Source: Nemertoderma westbladi (taxonomy: Eukaryota; Animalia; Xenacoelomorpha). Taken from it: a stretch of DNA of 64,000 nt. This document shows, in pieces, positions 36,730-48,100 of this stretch (the stretch's first letter is position 1; each line of letters begins with the position of its first letter). The stretch covers positions 1 to 64,000 of the forward strand of contig JAUCBJ010001093.1 in the NCBI GenBank assembly GCA_032718475.1, given 5' to 3'. A program made the translations under genes and the position numbers. The notes beneath the pieces are model-generated. The model made no database searches, was not told where the DNA came from, and saw only the letters and a program-made list of their open reading frames with translations.

Positions 36730-37260
36730 TATTCAATTTAAGATGCGTCTCAAGAAAGTCATGGGCTGTGCACCATGCTTACTCACTCCATGAGGCTGCC
36801 AAAGCACAAGACTATGTATGCACTGGCTGTTCCCCACGGTGAAAGCAATGTCCTGCAAAGCGGAAGCGACTTTGTTCTAGTGTTAAGCTTGGGGGAACCA
36901 ATGAGACACCTCCAATGTTATATAGTGTCTCGTTGGAGATGTGTGCATTGTACTTGACACAATGAACCCGGCGTATCATTCTTGTGAATGTGCCATCCAG
37001 AGATTTGGTGTCCTCGGCAGTTAGAGCCCAGCATGTACTCCCATAGAGGAGTACTGGAACTACTGCTGCTCTAAATAATCGGACCTTAAGTTTCCGATTA
37101 ATTCTCGGTGACTTCCAAATCCTGAAAAGCCTATTCAAGGCTGCCCATGCCTTTCCCTTACGTATTCAAAGGTCGTCACCTGACTTCCGGATTCATGATC
37201 CCAGGTAACAGAAGTCGTCCACATGCTCACAGCATACAATCCTTTGAGCTTATGCTCATC
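36730..37260 (-). mobile_element. RTE-clade LINE 3' fragment
   Basis: RLFRIWKS..LKVRLFRAAVVPVLLYGSTCWALT..LDGTFTRMIRRV..RFRFAGHC is typical of the RTE ORF2 C-terminal region. Confidence 0.8.
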
Positions 37261-38854
37261 CGGTCAGACTTGCTGAGGACTTTCAAAGTTAACTGCCAAT
37301 GTTATTTCTGTTATTGTTGTTACCATAACTGGTCTTCAGGAATTTCCGGGATCATAGTGATACTAACGGTAACCACGGCCAACCAGTTAATTAAAGATTA
37401 TCTGCACCTTTTTGGTTGTATCTTCTGGTTACTCCCTTCGCTAGAAATAAATGCGTTTCTGTCAACCAATTGTGGAGAAATGAATCGAAACTCTGATAAC
37501 AACACAAAAACCATGATGGTAGGTCTGCCTTCTAGTGTGATACGGTAGTACGGTCTGATTGTCTGTGACTAATAATATTATGTTAATGTAGTGTGCATAA
37601 GATACTAGGTTGAGTGCACAACTTACATGTAAATGTCCCTTTAGGACAGGACCTTTTACACATTCAACGAACTGTTATTAAAATACTATTAGTATCCCCT
37701 CTTCAAATTTTAATACAATTATAATATAATATAATGTCAATTAATATAATATAATAAGAAAAAATTTAAAAACTCCATAAATGTGTAAGAAGGTTGATTT
37801 CATATGTTTACAATCTAATTCTGTTTGAAATTCCTCAGCTAATTAAGGGCCTCAGGCCCTGCCTAGCATTTACAACACTTGGAGGCTATTAGTGTTACTA
37901 ATGAGTAAAATTCCAATTGCTGTGAGATCTTTATTTCGATAAGAGAATCTGTTCTAATCGAAGTTAACTAGCTACTATGGTAAGCCCTGTACACTGTACC
38001 ACGCTTCCTAGGCTATACTGCCCTGTACACTGTACCACGCTTCATACCCTATTAGCCACTCGCTGTGATATCTGATATACCCCAGTAAGATACCGAAAAA
38101 TATGTTCCATCAGATCTTCTCAACTGAAATTGGTACATTTAAACAAATCAGCATGATGGCAGTGTATTAATACCCCAGAGATGACCTGGTAATTTACGCC
38201 ATTAAACAACAAAAATATTCAACAAATCTTAATGAGATTACATGAAATTTGATATAGAGATAGTTTCACTCAACTCCTCCTAACTGGGTGAGTCATAATT
38301 TTTATTTTTGCTTTCATTCTATAACTACAAGCGTTTAAAAAAATGTATCTCCGTTAATATTACACCAGTTACACTGCAGTTATTCTTATACCTTATAGTG
38401 ATTTTTTGCTATTGTTAGAAAGATGGCAATGCAAATTGCAAAGATTCCAAATAATTAACACAATCTTAATTTCGTTGAAAAATAGCTGAGATATGAGCGT
38501 TCGAAATGTACATGTTAAGTTATTTTATTAAAAAATAGCTGAGATATGAGCGTTCAAATGTACATGGTTAAGTTATTTTATTACAGTACTGTGAACTATC
38601 ATTACATTTGGTCTCGTATTAATACCGTATATCTATTCACCCATTTATTTATTTTGAAACTTTTCATTTATATGTAAGTATGAAACGATCGCCTTTATTC
38701 AATATAGATGATCATGGAACATTGTCGACTATCAAAAAAAATATATATTACAATTTAATTAATGAGATGTAACTTCTTCGAATACACACGGTTAAATTGG
38801 TACACATGGTCGAAACGCTTTTATGGTTAAATAGTGAATACCACCGGTGTTCAC

Positions 38855-38971
38855 CAGTAGTGGTGGTGGCGGCCAGTGGTGGTGGCGGCCAGTGGTGGTG
38901 GCGGCCAGTGGTGGTGGCGGCCAGTGGTGGTGGCGGCCAGTGGTGGTGGCGGCCAGTGGTGGTGGCGGCCA
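38855..38971. repeat. 16-bp GC-rich minisatellite (about 7 copies)
   Basis: Unit GGCCAGTGGTGGTGGC. Confidence 0.9.
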
Positions 38972-39374
38972 CCTCCAGGCATTGACAATAGTTCAGTCTC
39001 CAGTCAATAGTGACAGAGGAATTGTTATTAATGTGAAGATTGTATTGATGTGATCGTACTGCATCAGTCAATAAATCTATCTGAGTCAGCATAGCCTCGA
39101 ACTAGCTTCACAATAACTTGCAGTGTTTCACAATATTCCTATTTCACAACACAATTATATTTTACTACAACGAACTTATAAAAATAAAAATAAACTAGTT
39201 ATGTTGTGGTGTACTGTAATCCATTTTGATAATTAAATGCAACGCCACCTATTTACATAGTTAACTTAACTGTTATTCTGTAAACATTGTTTGTTGTTAG
39301 TTTGTAATAGTGAAATATTACTAACTTAAATTACATTACTTAATTATGAAATAAATCAGTTTTCAAGTTGTTAC

Positions 39375-39568
39375 CTGGAGCCACAATAGAGAACAGAAAA
39401 TACCCATATGGTAGCAATGGCGATCTTAGCCCTGGTTACAGTACAGAATCGTTGAGCTTTCATTGTGTGACATATAGCAATGTACCTCTCCACGGTAAAG
39501 CATGTGATTGTCAAAGCACTCGCACTAGCTCCCATGTAGGTAATACAGGTGATGGTGTAACATCCAAC
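39375..39568 (-). CDS. TRH-receptor-like GPCR exon (TM3, ICL2, TM4)
   Basis: ttgcag|GTT [54 protein letters not shown] has the ERY motif and closely resembles TRHR [25 protein letters not shown]. Donor AG|gtaac, phase 2. Confidence 0.93.
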
Positions 39569-40667
39569 CTGCAATGAAATTAAGTTATTATACTAAAATA
39601 AAATTATATATTAATAAATATTTTTCTCATTTTATTTCCCTCCAGAACTGGAGAAGTTGGAAGAATATTATTGATCCACTAACTGGACTTGACACGAAAT
39701 AGGGCCTTCGCGCAGCACGTGACATAAACTTATGTTAAGTGTCAACTCGAAAGAATTGTAAGCAAAATCTAAGCAAATGTCAACTGATCACTTTTACCAC
39801 CTAGATTCAGACTCGGTGACTCCAGTCATTTAAGACCTCACTCAAAAAACTCAGAATATATATGCCAGGTTTCAATTAGAGAGGATTATAAACAAAAATG
39901 CGAAATGGCTGAAATTTTACATTTTAGACATTCAGACAGATTTCAGAAGACATTTCTAAAATGTTTTAATTTCAGCCCACTGGCGGTAGACTGGAGAACT
40001 GCCGAGAAATAACAGTCCCAACAAAGACGCAGCTTATGTATGGTCTACGGTCTAGCACATATATTTACCAAGTTTCAGCTTAAACGGATAACGAATAACT
40101 AAATAGGAGAGAAGGTTTTCACTTTTGGATATTTCGCCTTCTAGCGGCAAACTTTAGAAGTGTAGATGGAGTACCGTCCACATAGACGCAGCCAGTTTTC
40201 TAGTACATACATCCCATGTTTCAACTTAAAAAGATTAAAATCAAGGAAAAAGTGGAAGGTTTTCACGAAAATGACTGAAATTGTCTAACACATCTTAACT
40301 TTAGGTCTTATTGATTATTATACATATTTTTAACTTAACATACTAAATTTGTAACGCAGACGACGACAACGACGACAATTATTTGTAAAAAGAAACCCAC
40401 GCCCAAACATTGCCATTCGCTAAGGCTCCACCAACTTCGTGACTCGCCCCACATTCCTATTACTATTCGTAATCTGTCAGAAGTAATTGATATTGATAAA
40501 TTAAAGGTCATTGAACCTAATGGACCATACCATATCCCACAGGTAATATAAAGGCCCTGTTAATCAACAGGCTACCTGGTGGGGTGGGGGGTGCTTGACT
40601 TAAATCGGCAATGTTAATTATCAATTAAGGTTAAAGGATCAGGTTACAGAGACATATCATTATCGTC

Positions 40668-41040
40668 ATTTATTATTATTATTCAACTTTTATTCCAAAA
40701 ATGAACTGCCATATATAAAACAATAACATGGGACAAATAATACAACCCTTTTACAAGTAATGTACGTGCATAACACCGGTATATTTAACCGCATATATTC
40801 AGCCACATGGACAGACACACCCACGTCCCCCCCATACCGCCGCCGAACCAGACATACAGTATCTATGGACCTTCCTAACAACAAGCGAGTTGACATTACA
40901 CCACACAATAGATAAGGGAATTACCCTCCTCACACTAGGCTCTCTATTACTCAGACCAACACACATATTAAACCTAAATTTCCCTCCTAAACACAACTTC
41001 CTAACGTAACTTCCTATTCTCTAGCATATAACTATTATAT
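40668..41040 (-). mobile_element. Probable LINE/SINE 3' end
   Basis: The minus strand ends GGAATAAAAGTTG(AAT)n, a polyA signal followed by a short tandem tail. The far boundary is approximate. Confidence 0.4.
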
Positions 41041-41982
41041 TAAAATGCAACATAAACAACTTTCCCAATTCGAAGAATATATTCTAACCAAAACAATAAA
41101 CGAAAAACAATAGAACAGGTTGCAGTTTCAGTATTTTTTCTTGTAATCATCCAGCAGTTGTTATCAGGGTTCCATTTTGATCGCAAATGACTTATTAAAG
41201 ATACGACCCTCCAAGCTGCTGCAAAACCCCTAAATTTAGTGGGCCAGTTAATTCTCTTAGATAGAATCCCTGAAACAATGTGTCTAACGCGTCGAAAGTA
41301 CTTGGGCCTGATAGTAAGTCTTGGATCGCATCAAGAGGCACCCTACCCTATGTGGGCTCCTGTGGCAATTAACTCTAATCTACACATTTATCATTCATCA
41401 TGAATTATGATGAATTAGACTATTAGACTCAGGCTGTACTTATTTGATTTAACATATATAATGTACGATAATAATAATAATAATGCAGCATGCCTATAGT
41501 CGTAGTAGTATTCGTTACACAGGGCCTCGGAGCATGTCAGACAGCTTCATCACATTCACAAACACCAAACTAATAATTATGTATTCAATTGAGAAAATAA
41601 AACTCATTCGAAAAAACACACACCCCCTTTTCACCGGACCTATAGGCATGACTATCTGCACCTCGCATCTGAATGTTCAAGATATGGTTGAATGTAGGTA
41701 ATGTGTAAAGGAAAGAGGTATAAAAGGTCACTGTTATTGTAAATTTGTGCCCAACGACGTTACAGAATCAAATGCGAAACCTTCCAATTGAATCGCTTGC
41801 GGCTCGACAAATCCAAACTCCATTTATGGAGATTCAAATAATTCTAAGCTTAGAATTCTAAATAATTCTTTGCGGAAACTATAATAATTACTGGTAGATT
41901 TTTATATTGTGATGAAACTGAAACAGTAGTAATATAATTACTGGTCTAACCCTATCATTGTCATAGATAGATGTAAACTTAC

Positions 41983-42109
41983 CACACCATATAACCATTG
42001 GTCTATTGGAACAAATGTACTTGGTAGATTTACGAGGTTGGAGGAGAACAGAAACAATATATCAGCAATCGCCAGGCTCACCAGGTAACAATTGGTTGTT
42101 GTTTGCATT
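41983..42109 (-). CDS. TRH-receptor-like GPCR exon (ICL1, TM2, ECL1)
   Basis: gcttag|A ATG CAA; MQTTTNCYLVSLAIADILFL..QWLYGV|gtaagt (LAxAD motif). Phases match both neighbouring exons. Confidence 0.93.
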
Positions 42110-42476
42110 CTAAGCAATAAAATGTTAAACATTCAACATCTTAATATTAAATCAATAATTTATTTATAAATTGACAAAAAATATGACAAACGTACAGCTT
42201 TATTAATTGTTATCTTGAATTCAAATATTAAATTCTATATTATAAATTTCTAATATATTATTGCAATTATTTGTATTAACGATAATAAGAAAACTGAAGT
42301 AAAGTAAATAAATACCTGACTCTTCTTCCTCAATTAGTTCAACACAATCGAACAGAGATAGCCTTAAGTTTCATTTCAAATCGCTACCAGCAGACCTACC
42401 AGCCTCCAGTATGCTAGCATAGCAGCATCGCCACAACCGTAATTAATTCAACCTATTATTATAGAAAACCACCCAC

Positions 42477-42596
42477 CTTCGACTTTTACAAACAACTATT
42501 ATCACAAGTAAGTTGCCAATGATACCAATGATAACAATGATCACATAAATGATGGTGAGTACAATGGCTCCAGATGTTGTATCATATTCAGGGTGC
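42477..42596 (-). CDS. TRH-receptor-like GPCR exon (TM1); not in the ORF track
   Basis: ttctag|G CAC CCT; HPEYDTTSGAIVLTIIYVIIVIIGIIGNLLVIIVVCKSR. Donor AG|gtgggt, phase 2, joins the 42109 exon. The start-codon exon must lie further upstream. Confidence 0.88.
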
Positions 42597-42781
42597 CTAG
42601 AACAATTACAATACAATTTATGTGTTGTTATACAGACAATACGTTGTCTCTACGGAATTGGGATCGACCGAATTATTCGGTTCGACTGTATATCAGCTGT
42701 CAGACTGTATAGTATCTTAACCTTGCAGTAGCCTACCAGGCCTAAAGAAAGAAAAAGTAACGAACGACTGAACTATCAACA

Positions 42782-44101
42782 ATGGGTTCGGCTTCACAGC
42801 CAATGCCAACCAGCATGGAGGAAGACCAGGTTGATAGATGCGATATAACGTTTGTAGATAGCACGCTCTCTCTCCTAATGCAGGGATTATCGTCGAATCT
42901 GTCAGGTATGGTACAGGAATCTTGCCTCGCAAGATTTAGTCCTGCAGAAATTGCGTTCGCTAAAGATAAACTGTTTACAGCATGTGGCTTTGACCCTATT
43001 GAAAGAAAGGACTCAGCTACTCGTACAGCAGTGAAGGCGAATGTTGCTGATATTTATGACAAACTGCATTCTATGGACAAAACCGGAAGCCTTCCATTTA
43101 TTGTGGTTGGCGTACTGGAGGCGCTCTCGCTCCCAAATCTATCCAAATCTCCTAGTTCTCTTGGGTACTCGGAAGCTCGTGTTAAGTTAGGTCTAATGGA
43201 GGACAAGTTCGACAAGTCCATTCGCGCAATGAGTGACAAATTAATTAAACGACATATTTCCCTCGAGTCTACAGTCCAAAGTTTGATGCTTTCAGAAAAA
43301 TCCGAGAATAATCTCACTGCACCCCCTGAGGTAGGGTGGAGTGTCAATGGTGCCTTAGCAGGTGTCCAATCATACCAATCCTGTCCCAGTTTCCCGTATC
43401 ATGAAGCCCTAACAGCTGCTGTTCATAATCGTTCCGACAGTCCAGGTACTCGCTGTTCACCCGGCAGTCAGGGTGCTCGACCGAAGGTTAGTGCTCAGAG
43501 ATCTTATTCGCCTGCTCCGGATTTGCGTAAACCAACTGCACCTTCAGCTGCCCTTCGTTCAAACCCATATAATCCGCTTTCTGATTCAACACGGGGCAGC
43601 GCCAATCACCCTAGAGCCGCATCCATAGGAGATGATGGGAAGGCAACTAACGTTCAACCAGACGTCCAGGAAATCCCTGTGGACGAGGGCGGTCCATTTT
43701 ATTTTCAGCATAAACAGAGGCATAAACATGTGATTGGCACTGGTGGTAAGGGCGGAGCCGGATCGGTAGGAGTTTCCACTCATAAAACTCGAACAGCTCC
43801 TGCTAACACATTTGTCTTCCGCATTCACAAGTCTGTAACTCCTGCAGATTTAGTTTCTGATCTCGGAGAGTGTGGAATCACGATCCTAGAATCGGACATA
43901 GAAAAGAAATCTCACAGCGAGACGAGATCTAATAGTTTTATGATTTCAATTCCTCGTGATAACTACGAGAAAGCTCTTTCTCCAGATACTTGGGAAGATG
44001 GCATTTGTGTTCGCCCTTGGCACTACTATAGTCGTAACTCGAAAGGAGTTCAAGATTCGCATGATCGCAATAATAGGAGAGGTGCTAGTATTGTAGGTTG
44101 A
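42782..44101 (+). CDS. LINE ORF1 (CR1-group nucleic-acid-binding protein)
   Basis: Open 439-aa ORF with N-terminal FSPAEIAFAKDKLF..DIYDKL..LP and C-terminal RRM-like FVFRIH..SFMISI..PDTWEDGICVRPW, directly upstream of the APE-RT ORF2. Confidence 0.8.
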   Translation: MGSASQPMPTSMEEDQVDRCDITFVDSTLSLLMQGLSSNLSGMVQESCLARFSPAEIAFAKDKLFTACGFDPIERKDSATRTAVKANVADIYDKLHSMDKTGSLPFIVVGVLEALSLPNLSKSPSSLGYSEARVKLGLMEDKFDKSIRAMSDKLIKRHISLESTVQSLMLSEKSENNLTAPPEVGWSVNGALAGVQSYQSCPSFPYHEALTAAVHNRSDSPGTRCSPGSQGARPKVSAQRSYSPAPDLRKPTAPSAALRSNPYNPLSDSTRGSANHPRAASIGDDGKATNVQPDVQEIPVDEGGPFYFQHKQRHKHVIGTGGKGGAGSVGVSTHKTRTAPANTFVFRIHKSVTPADLVSDLGECGITILESDIEKKSHSETRSNSFMISIPRDNYEKALSPDTWEDGICVRPWHYYSRNSKGVQDSHDRNNRRGASIVG

Positions 44102-44584
44102 TATACTTTTATTCAGGTTATTTATTTTTATTAATTTCTTTTTTTTTTAATTACAATGGCTAACCTCAAATCCAACTGTTGTAAATAATAATTTTTGTGT
44201 TTCATCATACAATAGTACTGGTCTATCACCTGATAAACTTGTTTTTATAAATGCGCTATTAGCAGGCAGTGATATTGTTTGTTTACAAGAACACTTTGTG
44301 CTAAGTGACAATAGTCACAGAATAAAGTCGGCCTTTGCTGACTATCAATGTATTATACAACCTGCTACATATCCAGTTAACGAAATCAGATCAGGCAGGC
44401 CTTTAGGTGGTTTATGGTTTACTTTTAGGAAGGCTTTATCGAAATATGTTTCTAGAATAAATGTGACTAATCTGCGACTGCAAGCATTGCAATTACGTTT
44501 GCCTAATGTAAAACCGTAAGTCATAATCAACTTATATTTTCCAGTTGATTCACATGATAATAATATATCTGATGATCTTCTTAC

Positions 44585-45124
44585 TGTTAGCTTATTCAAT
44601 CCCGCTAACACCCCATAAAGTTATAAGCCGATAAGCAATATTGGGAGCCACGAGATTGGGTAATTAACCAACTCGTGCCATCCCAATAAGAATGGGAAGG
44701 AGAAGCACACAATGAGGGTCAGGGGCCAAACCCCTAACCCAGAGAGAATAGGTGGAGTGAACGGGAACACTCCAAAGGGCGCCAACAAGGGTATCAACCA
44801 ATCAGAGGGGGGAAAGGCATCGATTAGGTAGAGTAACAAGGCCAACCGTGCAATATAGCCACTTGGCAGTAATAATACCAATTCAGTTATCTCAGTGCAA
44901 TACCGGTGCTAGATTAGGTTACATAGTTTTAGATAGGGAAGGACCGGGACTTTAGTTACCGTATCCCGTCTTCCATGTACGACAATATTATATCTATATC
45001 TATATCTATATCTGCATATCATATTATATACAACAAACAGCACAAACTCATTTACTCTTTATGCACGGCGGGGACGCGTGAACTAAAACCGGATAAACCG
45101 GGATCCCTCTTGGATCCCGTCACA
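44585..45124 (+). repeat. 5' LTR (540 bp)
   Basis: TGTTAGCTT...CCCGTCACA; direct repeat of 55846-56385 with two substitutions seen by eye. Confidence 0.97.
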
Positions 45125-45192
45125 GTAACTAAACCAGCTGCCGCCCTAGATAAACTCTGTAACCACCAGCCACCAAAATCTGCAGGGGAAAG

Positions 45193-48100
45193 ATGAGTCA
45201 GTCGGGTGAGATAACACCGACGCGGACCCCGGACGAAGAGCTAACGATCCGCGAGGCCGCAACCAGGCGATATAGGCCCACGACGCCGGACCCATCGGTA
45301 ACGGGTCATCCGGCAGTTCAGGACGAGGGGGGCCTGGAACCCGAGGTCCAGCCGAGAGGAAGAGAGAGCGAGACGGAGGGAAAAGGAGACGAGTCGACAC
45401 GGGACGGGGGTCGACGCACCGGTGTCGCCGGCCAGCCACAGGCCGAGGGCGACGAGCGGCCCACCGAAACGGCGACGGTGGGGCCGACGGTGCGGCCCCA
45501 GACGCAGAGAGACAAAGGAGATATCGGTACCGATGTCGCCGGCCAGCTACAGGCCGAGGGCGACGAACGGCCCACCGGAACGGCGACGGTGGGGCCGCCG
45601 GTACGACGTCGAACCCGGAGAGACGGACGAGGGGTCGGTGACGAGGACGTCGGGGTTTCTGAGCGACTTCGACGGGCCTACAACGCGACCCGGAGACTAC
45701 TAGAGGAGGCCAGAAAGGGGAAAACGATAGACGAGGTAAAACTGAAGTCAGGACTATGTAAGTCGGACAGACATTTATACTATCTAATGCGTTTCGGGCA
45801 GAGAGAATTGGCCGAGGAGAGAGCGAGAAAGGTTGCCGAGGAACTGTATGACTCATGGCGGCATGGGGGTATACAACCTAGTGTAGTGTACATAGGGCCA
45901 TATTTAATCGATGCCCGGGGTATAAAATTAATGGGTTGGAACAGACCTGAAGGGGGCGAATCCGAGGTTAACCCCGAGGATTCGGCCTCGTCGGTCGGAG
46001 GGAGTTCCGGGAGGAGGGGGAAAGTTAGTAGGTCGGGAAGGTGGAGGGAGTCCGTCGTAACCGATAAGTCTGCTACATCCTCCGCGAAAGAAAGACTGGT
46101 GAGAGAGGCAGGTGCCGCGTACCGTCTCGAGCTGATAGAGCAAGGTCAGAGGGAAATTGATAAACGGCTAGAGGAGGGGAGAATGCGGCTAGAGAGGGAA
46201 GCGGCATTGATTAGAGAAACCGGAGAGAGGGCCGAAAGGGCTTTGAGAGGCCTTAGGGAGTGTGAGGAAATAGAGGAAAAGGAGTGTAGGGAACGTGAGG
46301 CGAGAGAGGAAAGGGAACGCAAAGAGCGCGAGGCGGAACGCAAGGAGCATGAGGCGAGAGAGGAAAGGGAACGCAAAGAGCGCGAGGCGGAACGCAAGGA
46401 ACATGAGGCGAGAGAAGAAAGGGCACGCAAGGAGCGTGAGGCAAGGGAGGAAAAGGAACGCAAAGAGCGTGAGGCGGAACGCAAGGAGCATGAGGCGAGA
46501 AAGGAAAGTGAACGTAAGGAGCGTGAAGCGAGGCGAAGGGAGAGTGCTAGGAAAGTAGTAGAGTTGGCTGAGCGGGACACGCGGGAGTGTGAGAGGAGAA
46601 TGGCAGGAGCCGAGCGAGACCATGAGGAATTAAAGAGACGCCAAAGTGAGCTTGGGGAACATAGGGTTAGACGCGCGCACGAGCTGCAACTGGTGCGGGC
46701 GGGGGCGTCTGAGAGCGAGACAGGCTCGAGTATTTTAGAGGAGCCAGGGGCCGTGGATACATTTATTAATACCCCACTTACAGGGACCGCACGACAGGCC
46801 CAAAACTGGTGTGACCGTACGGGCGGGCGGGGGGGGGGGGGGTAATAATGATAATGGTACAGTAGACGTGGTTAATATTAATAGTACCGTATGGGATAAT
46901 TCTAATCAAACCTTTATTGCAGGAAATACTTTGCCTAGTGGTAGTAATTTAAATTTAAATCAGAACAATCTTAATATTAATGTAGAAAATAATCCTAATA
47001 TTAATGTAGCTACGCAAATTAATCAAAATAATCAAAATAATAATAATTCAAATAATTTAATTAATGAGCCAAGCCCGAATTTACAAGATAATTCAAATGA
47101 TTTTATTTCGAACGAACAAATTAATTCTGTATCCGATATGGGTGCTATTAACGTAAACACGTCGGGCGTGTACAGCCAGGCAAACGGGGACCTGGCAGGC
47201 CACACAGTTGGTGGGCCAGAAGTAGCTGGGTTAGGTAGACCCAGCGAGGGCCTGGTAGGCCACGTAGTTGGTAGACCCAGCGAGGGCCTGGTAGGCCACG
47301 TAGTTGGTAGACAGGGAGCAGAGGGCCTGGTAGGCCACGTAGTTGGTAGACAGGGAGCAGAGGGCCTGGTAGGCCACGTAGTTGGTAGGCAGGGAGTGGC
47401 TGGGTTGAATAGACCCAGCGAGGGCCTGGTAGGCCACGCAATAGCAGAGGGAGAGGCGGGGGTGAATAGACCCGACCGCGATAGGGTCGATGTGTCGACT
47501 AGAGAGGGATATAGTAGCGTAGTGAGGGATAGCGAAGTTAGATGTGGCGAGTGGGGGGGGGGGGGGGGGCTACAGGGGCCCCACAACAGCGAGTTAGCGG
47601 CGAAAGGGGGGGGGGGGCAGAGAGTGTCCCACAGCCGTCAGCGGATAATGCGAGGGCCAAAATAGGTAAACCGCAACAACCGGCGACGGAAAGTAATAGG
47701 GGGATTGCGAGTATCCCCAGCAGCGTGCGACCGAGCAGAGAGAGACAGGTTGACGTCGTAAGAGGGCGGACGAAGCGTCGAGCCCGATCAGAAGAGGGAA
47801 GAAGAACAGTGGGGTTTAACCGGGAGGTCGACGAGAGATCTCACGAGCGGGAATACTCCACTGAAAGGAGAAGAAGAGAAGACAGTAGTAGAAGTATCGC
47901 CGCGAACGATAGAAGAGCGAAGACGGATAGCGAGCCGTCGGTAGTCGAGATGAGAACAGAGAGTCAGTGGGGTCGGACTCCGGGAGATTGCCGTCGCCCC
48001 GGAGAGATGCAACCCGGCGAGGCGCACTACGCGCCGAGAGAGGGGTACGCGATGTACCGGTGCGAAGATGAGAACAGTAGAGAGGGGGGTCGAAGAGAAA

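Noticed and set aside
44621-44881. Duplicated 86-aa hydrophobic ORF (also at 55882-56142)
   Set aside because: It is an antisense ORF inside the LTR with a non-ATG start, and the LTR pair explains the duplication.
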